Shown here: one piece after another, positions 59,904 to 64,000 of the stretch
How positions within the stretch are numbered: position 1 is the first letter of the stretch
Layout: each line of letters opens with the position of its first letter
NCBI GenBank assembly: GCA_012839205.1
Contig: DUNT01000050.1
Coordinates: 3,965-67,964 of the forward strand
DNA length: 64,000 bases
DNA from: Clostridiaceae bacterium
GTDB taxonomy: Bacteria > Bacillota > Clostridia > DSM-8532
Direction: 5' to 3'
Notes under the pieces: model-generated
The model's database searches: none
The model's input: only the letters and a program-made list of their open reading frames with translations
What the model was told of the DNA's origin: nothing
Translations under genes and position numbers: made by a program

Positions 59904-60566
59904 ATGAATCAGATTCCAGTAATTATTAGCCGCTTATCGGAAAGTTTTTTAATAAATTGCAGGCTCTTTGTATTAACACTTGTATTTTCCCTACCCCTTG
60001 GGCTGTTGATTGCATTTGGGTCCATGTGCCGATTTAAGCCACTTCGTTGGCTGGTACGGACCTTTGTTTGGATTATCCGGGGAACACCGCTGATGCTGCA
60101 GCTTATCATTATATTTTACGGGCCCGGTCTTCTGGGGATGTCTATGACATGGCCCAATGGTGATGCGGGACGTTTTACAGCAGCAACAGTAGCCTTTGTA
60201 ATCAATTATGCCTGTTATCTTTCTGAGATTTATCGCGGCGGTATTGAAAGCATACCGAAAGGACAATATGAAGCAGGTCAGGTCCTGGGAATGACAAAGG
60301 GACAGATTTTCTTTAAAGTAACACTGCTTCAGGTGGTGAAACGGATCCTTCCACCTGTTGGTAATGAGGTAATTACCCTGGTGAAGGATACATCCCTAGC
60401 CCGTATCATTGCTAATAAGGAAATTATTATGATGGCCGGAGAATACAGCAGTAAAGGGCTTATTTGGCCACTGTTTGCAACAGGTGTTTATTTCCTCATC
60501 TTCATAGGGGTGTTAACAGTACTGTTTGACTATCTTGAAAAAAAATTGAGTTATTTTCATGCATAA
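59904..60566 (+). CDS. Amino-acid ABC transporter permease (His/Glu/Gln/Arg/opine family)
   Basis: 220 aa. WIIRGTPLMLQL and an EAA-like loop EAGQVLGMTKGQIFFKVTLLQ are present. Confidence 0.88.
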   Translation: MNQIPVIISRLSESFLINCRLFVLTLVFSLPLGLLIAFGSMCRFKPLRWLVRTFVWIIRGTPLMLQLIIIFYGPGLLGMSMTWPNGDAGRFTAATVAFVINYACYLSEIYRGGIESIPKGQYEAGQVLGMTKGQIFFKVTLLQVVKRILPPVGNEVITLVKDTSLARIIANKEIIMMAGEYSSKGLIWPLFATGVYFLIFIGVLTVLFDYLEKKLSYFHA

Positions 60567-60581
60567 AGGAGGGAAGTGTTT

Positions 60582-61370
60582 ATGTCAGTTTTAGAAGTTA
60601 AAGATTTAGGAAAACGTTTTGATACCCTTCAGGTATTGCATGGGATTAGTTTTTCATTGGAAAAAGGAGAGGCAATAGCAATTATTGGGTCTTCCGGAAG
60701 CGGAAAGACCACTCTGCTCCGATGTCTTAATTTTCTGGAGAAACCCGACAAAGGAACTATCATCGTAAACAATAATGTTATTTTTGATGCAATGGATGCT
60801 GCCACACAGAAAGAGAGCGAGGTACGAAAAAAACGCCTGCATTTTGGCTTGGTTTTTCAAAACTTTAACCTGTTTCCTCAGTATACAGTTCTAAAGAATG
60901 TTACTCTGGCAGCAGAAATGCTGGCAAAGGAGCGGCCAGACTATAAACAGAATAAAAAAGCTATTTTAGAGGGAATTCAGGAAAACGGGAAAAGACTTCT
61001 GTCTCAGGTTGGTCTTTCGGATAAACTTGATTATTACCCTCATCAGATATCGGGTGGACAACAGCAGCGGGTAGCCATTGCCCGTGCTCTGGCTTTGGAA
61101 CCCGACATTTTGTGTTTTGATGAGCCCACCTCGGCTTTAGACCCTGAGCTTACGGGGGAAGTGTTGAAGGTTATCCGAAATTTGGCAGAGCGTAATACAA
61201 CTATGATTATAGTTACACATGAAATGAATTTTGCCCGGGATGTAGCTGACAGAATTATTTTTATGGACGAAGGTGTAATTGTTGAGCAGGGCAAACCACA
61301 AGAAGTATTTGATAATCCAAAAGAAGAGCGAACAAAGCAGTTTTTAGCCAGATATACTGAAGGCAAATGA
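60582..61370 (+). CDS. Amino-acid ABC transporter ATP-binding protein
   Basis: Walker [10 protein letters not shown], signature [15 protein letters not shown] and Walker [12 protein letters not shown]. Confidence 0.92.
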   Translation: MSVLEVKDLGKRFDTLQVLHGISFSLEKGEAIAIIGSSGSGKTTLLRCLNFLEKPDKGTIIVNNNVIFDAMDAATQKESEVRKKRLHFGLVFQNFNLFPQYTVLKNVTLAAEMLAKERPDYKQNKKAILEGIQENGKRLLSQVGLSDKLDYYPHQISGGQQQRVAIARALALEPDILCFDEPTSALDPELTGEVLKVIRNLAERNTTMIIVTHEMNFARDVADRIIFMDEGVIVEQGKPQEVFDNPKEERTKQFLARYTEGK

Positions 61371-61439
61371 AATCGGTGTTAACCGTCTTTTTGTACATGC
61401 TTTTGTGACACGTTTGCACCTCGAAGAATAGCATATATT

Positions 61440-61724
61440 ATGAATATACAACTGCAGGTAAAAATTGTGGATTGTATCGCACTTTATGATTCTGGGAATT
61501 ATGCTTATAGAGTATGCAGGGTGTTTGAACAAAAAGGTATCGTTTTTCAGGTAATCTCAACTCCCTGCAAGGTGACAAAGACCGGCTGCGGCTACTGCCT
61601 CCTGTTTCCTGATAAGTATTTGGACCAGGTGATTAATGTCAGTGCGGCAAATGGTTTTCAGGTAAAAGAGGTTTATAGAATAGAATATAATCAGGGCAGA
61701 AAAAAATACATAAGAATTATTTAG
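61440..61724 (+). CDS. DUF3343-like small protein (putative S/Se carrier-like)
   Basis: 94 aa. VISTPCKVTKTGCGYCLLF resembles the DUF3343 P-x-x-x-x-x-CG core (recalled). Confidence 0.45.
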   Translation: MNIQLQVKIVDCIALYDSGNYAYRVCRVFEQKGIVFQVISTPCKVTKTGCGYCLLFPDKYLDQVINVSAANGFQVKEVYRIEYNQGRKKYIRII

Positions 61725-61735
61725 GAGATGAAGGC

Positions 61736-62521
61736 TTGATAAATTCTAAGGATGTACTTGATACCATTAAAGAACTGTCTGTTACTGCGGGGAAAGAAAT
61801 ACTGAAACTTTATAGAAAAGACATTCCGATTGAATACAAAGAAGATAAATCTCCTGTAACCAAGGCTGATAAAATTGCCAATGATATTATTATCAGCGGG
61901 CTTAACAGAGCATTTCCCGATATTGGGATTTTGGCAGAGGAATCGTCTGACGACCTTTCAAGGCTGGAGAGGAGGTATTGTTTTTTAGTTGACCCTCTTG
62001 ACGGTACCAAGGAGTTTATCAAAGGAAATGATGAGTTTACTGTTAACATTGCCCTTACAGAATGGGGAAAGCCAATTGGAGGAGTAATATATGTTCCTGT
62101 TTATAAAGAGCTTTACTATGGATGGGCAGGTGAGGGAGCATTTTCTTTGATAAACGGCGTGAAAAAGCGTCTCCATGTATCCAAAAGAATAGGCGATATC
62201 AGATTGGCAAAGAGCCGTTCCCATCATTCTAATTTACTGGACAAGCTTATTGCTGAAAACCACATAAGCCACATTATTGTAGCCGGCAGTTCATATAAGG
62301 GCTGCCTTCTGGCCAGAGGCGATGTTGAGGCATACTACCGGTTCGGACGCACCATGGAATGGGATACAGCTGCTATGGAAATAATAGTTACCGAAGCAGG
62401 AGGGATTTTTTCGGGAATGGATGGAAATCCGTTATTGTATAACAAGAAAAACCCTGAAAATCCTCAGGGCTTTTATTTGCTTAACAGCGAAGAAAACAAG
62501 CTCACTGTTCCTACGGAATAA
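61736..62521 (+). CDS. cysQ: 3'(2'),5'-bisphosphate nucleotidase / inositol monophosphatase family protein
   Basis: ILAEES, FLVDPLDGTKEF and WDTAAMEII motifs. Confidence 0.8.
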   Translation: MINSKDVLDTIKELSVTAGKEILKLYRKDIPIEYKEDKSPVTKADKIANDIIISGLNRAFPDIGILAEESSDDLSRLERRYCFLVDPLDGTKEFIKGNDEFTVNIALTEWGKPIGGVIYVPVYKELYYGWAGEGAFSLINGVKKRLHVSKRIGDIRLAKSRSHHSNLLDKLIAENHISHIIVAGSSYKGCLLARGDVEAYYRFGRTMEWDTAAMEIIVTEAGGIFSGMDGNPLLYNKKNPENPQGFYLLNSEENKLTVPTE

Positions 62522-63404
62522 GCACTTTTATATGTTTAGGAAGCAATTCAACAGATATACAGGTTTCAAGGCTTATTTCACCGTCAATATTAACGGGGAA
62601 AGGATTTTTACTTTCTATTCTTGCTTTTGTCCCTCTTGATATATTAACTTCTTTCATGCTTTCGTGCTTTCCTTTTTGAAACAGAGGGAAAAATCTAAGA
62701 ATTCTCCAGCGCGGAAGTGAATCAACCAAATAAAAATCTAGTATTCCATCATCCATTTTAGCACTGGGAGCCGCCAGCATACCTCCGCCGTAGTAAGTGC
62801 CATTGGCAAAGATAGTTAATAGAAACTCTTTTTCAAATGGCTTGTTATTATCAAGTGTAATTTTAAGCTTATACTTTTTGCACTTAATCAAAGTAACCAA
62901 AACGGCTAAAATATAGGACATGGAACCCGTTATAAAAGGGAACCTCTTAAAATAACGGCTGTTTAGTACCACCTCTGCATCAAATCCTACAGACGCTATG
63001 TTGAAAAAATATTTTTCGTTTAGCCTGCCTAAATCTATGGTTGTTGAAGTGGCGAAAGGGAGCACTCTGATTAATTTTAAAGGATCAATTACGGGATACA
63101 GATAACGTGCGACGTCATTGCCTGACCCGCATGGTATAATACCGAGCTCAACATTGGAGAAACCTTCAATACCGTTAATAACCTCGTTAAGAGTACCGTC
63201 TCCGCCAACTGAATAAATCCGGACATCCTCGCCAGTAGAAGCTATCTTTTTAGCAATTTCTGTTGCGTGTCCCGGTGCTTCTGTTATGTAAATTTTAAAT
63301 GAATGAATAAAATTTTTAAATCGGGACTTTATGCTCCCTATCATTTGCAGGCTGCGGCCTTTACCGGCAGCAGGATTAATTATAAAAGCATGATGCAAAA
63401 TCAA
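62511..63404 (-). CDS. Diacylglycerol/lipid kinase (YegS/BmrU family)
   Basis: 297 aa. IINPAAGKG, VGGDGTLNEV and PCGSGND motifs. Its 3' end overlaps the convergent cysQ by 11 nt. Confidence 0.85.
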   Translation of the reverse strand: MILHHAFIINPAAGKGRSLQMIGSIKSRFKNFIHSFKIYITEAPGHATEIAKKIASTGEDVRIYSVGGDGTLNEVINGIEGFSNVELGIIPCGSGNDVARYLYPVIDPLKLIRVLPFATSTTIDLGRLNEKYFFNIASVGFDAEVVLNSRYFKRFPFITGSMSYILAVLVTLIKCKKYKLKITLDNNKPFEKEFLLTIFANGTYYGGGMLAAPSAKMDDGILDFYLVDSLPRWRILRFFPLFQKGKHESMKEVNISRGTKARIESKNPFPVNIDGEISLETCISVELLPKHIKVLIP

Positions 63405-63696
63405 TCACCTTAGTTGTTTTTTATTTATTTTATCACATATTTCAACACATATCTTGGATTTTCTACAAATATTATTTATACTAAAGACTTTTTAATAACT
63501 ATTGATTTGGGTTTTGACTAATGATAATTAACAAAAAATGACGGCGGAACAGTATATTTTCAGTCATCATATGTTATTGTTTTCGGGTTTGATATTATGC
63601 TATATTTAACGTGCCGGTATTTTCACAAAGCCGGACAAAATATAAAAGAAGTATTTCGAATCATATCCCCATGAGGGAATGAGAACGGAGGAAAAA

Positions 63697-64000
63697 ATGA
63701 AAAAAGTATTCAAAAATCCCAGAAACCTTGCATTTCTTGGACTAATGCTTGGTATCACCATAATTCTGGACATGACACCCTTGGGAATGATTCCACTGGG
63801 AGCAATCAGTGCTACAATTATTCACATCCCGACAATAATTACAGGTATTGTATTAGGACCTGCAGCCGGGTTAATAATGGGAACGGCACTGGGGTTTGTA
63901 GGGTGGATACATGCTCTTACACGGCCCGCAACCATTCTGGACCCATTCTTTATGAACCCCCTTATTTCAGTTCTTCCCAGAATATTTATAGGCGTTATCG
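63697..64000 (+). CDS. ECF transporter S-component-like membrane protein, N-terminal 101 aa (3' end outside window)
   Basis: Hand translation from the ATG at 63697 (RBS GGAGG) gives MKKVFKNPRNLAFLGLMLGITIILDMTPLGMIPLGAISATIIHIPTIITGIVLGPAAGLIMG... The IHIPTIITGI and LPRIFIG patterns are typical of ECF S components (recalled). Confidence 0.55.
   Translation, partial: MKKVFKNPRNLAFLGLMLGITIILDMTPLGMIPLGAISATIIHIPTIITGIVLGPAAGLIMGTALGFVGWIHALTRPATILDPFFMNPLISVLPRIFIGVI

Noticed and set aside
63405-63696. Possible riboswitch upstream of the ECF S-component gene
   Set aside because: The 290-nt AT-rich spacer shows no conserved riboswitch core that I can recognise (THI-box, FMN, cobalamin or preQ1 motifs). 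It also has no convincing terminator/antiterminator pair. An Infernal/Rfam scan would be needed.
1-64000. CRISPR arrays, rRNA genes, transposases, integrases, phage genes, toxin-antitoxin pairs
   Set aside because: No regularly spaced direct repeats, rRNA-like sequence or recombinase-like ORFs were found on either strand. The only repeats seen are the two palindromic elements reported above.

Overview
This 64-kb chromosomal window comes from a low-GC, clostridial-type Firmicute. All calls were made by eye from the ORF translations and the DNA; no database search was possible. Nearly everything is on the + strand.

Gene content in order:
- 0-4.5 kb: the 3' part of an FGGY sugar kinase, a Lon-like protease and an AEC transporter.
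- 4.85-21.3 kb: the complete S10-spc-alpha ribosomal cluster, rpsJ to rplQ, including secY, adk, map, a KOW protein, infA, rpmJ and rpoA. rpmD and rpmJ, and the true starts of rpsN, rpsQ, rplF and rplO, were recovered by hand because the ORF track misses or over-extends them.
- 21.6-24.1 kb: a fused ecfA1-ecfA2 plus ecfT.
- 24-28 kb: small accessory genes, a ROK glucokinase and truA.
- 28.6-35.9 kb: rpoB-rpoC behind their own promoter.
- 36-38.7 kb: a malic-enzyme gene remnant, a Cys-rich ORF, DUF402, a phosphoesterase and split hisI/hisE.
- 38.99-49.32 kb: the stand-out region, a ten-gene, tightly packed operon of about 10.3 kb (described below).
- 49.3-64 kb: a trxB-like reductase, a small HTH protein, a GerMN lipoprotein, ddl, DUF1934-argS, a SEC-C protein, an ABC exporter pair, a GNAT, tRNA-Arg(CCU) on the minus strand, an amino-acid ABC importer, DUF3343, cysQ, a lipid kinase (minus strand) and the 5' part of an ECF S-component.

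The stand-out operon encodes:
- a Hanks Ser/Thr kinase fused to a P-loop-less MinD/ParA-like domain;
- a CpaB-like SAF protein;
- two more degenerate MinD/TadZ-like proteins;
- a membrane-anchored CpaF/TadA-like ATPase;
- a fused TadB/TadC-like platform protein;
- four proteins with a single N-terminal hydrophobic helix, two of which share a non-canonical pilin-like N-terminus.

It looks like a highly divergent Tad/type IV-filament-like machine. It has no recognisable Flp pilin or prepilin peptidase.

No CRISPR array, rRNA, transposase or integrase was seen.
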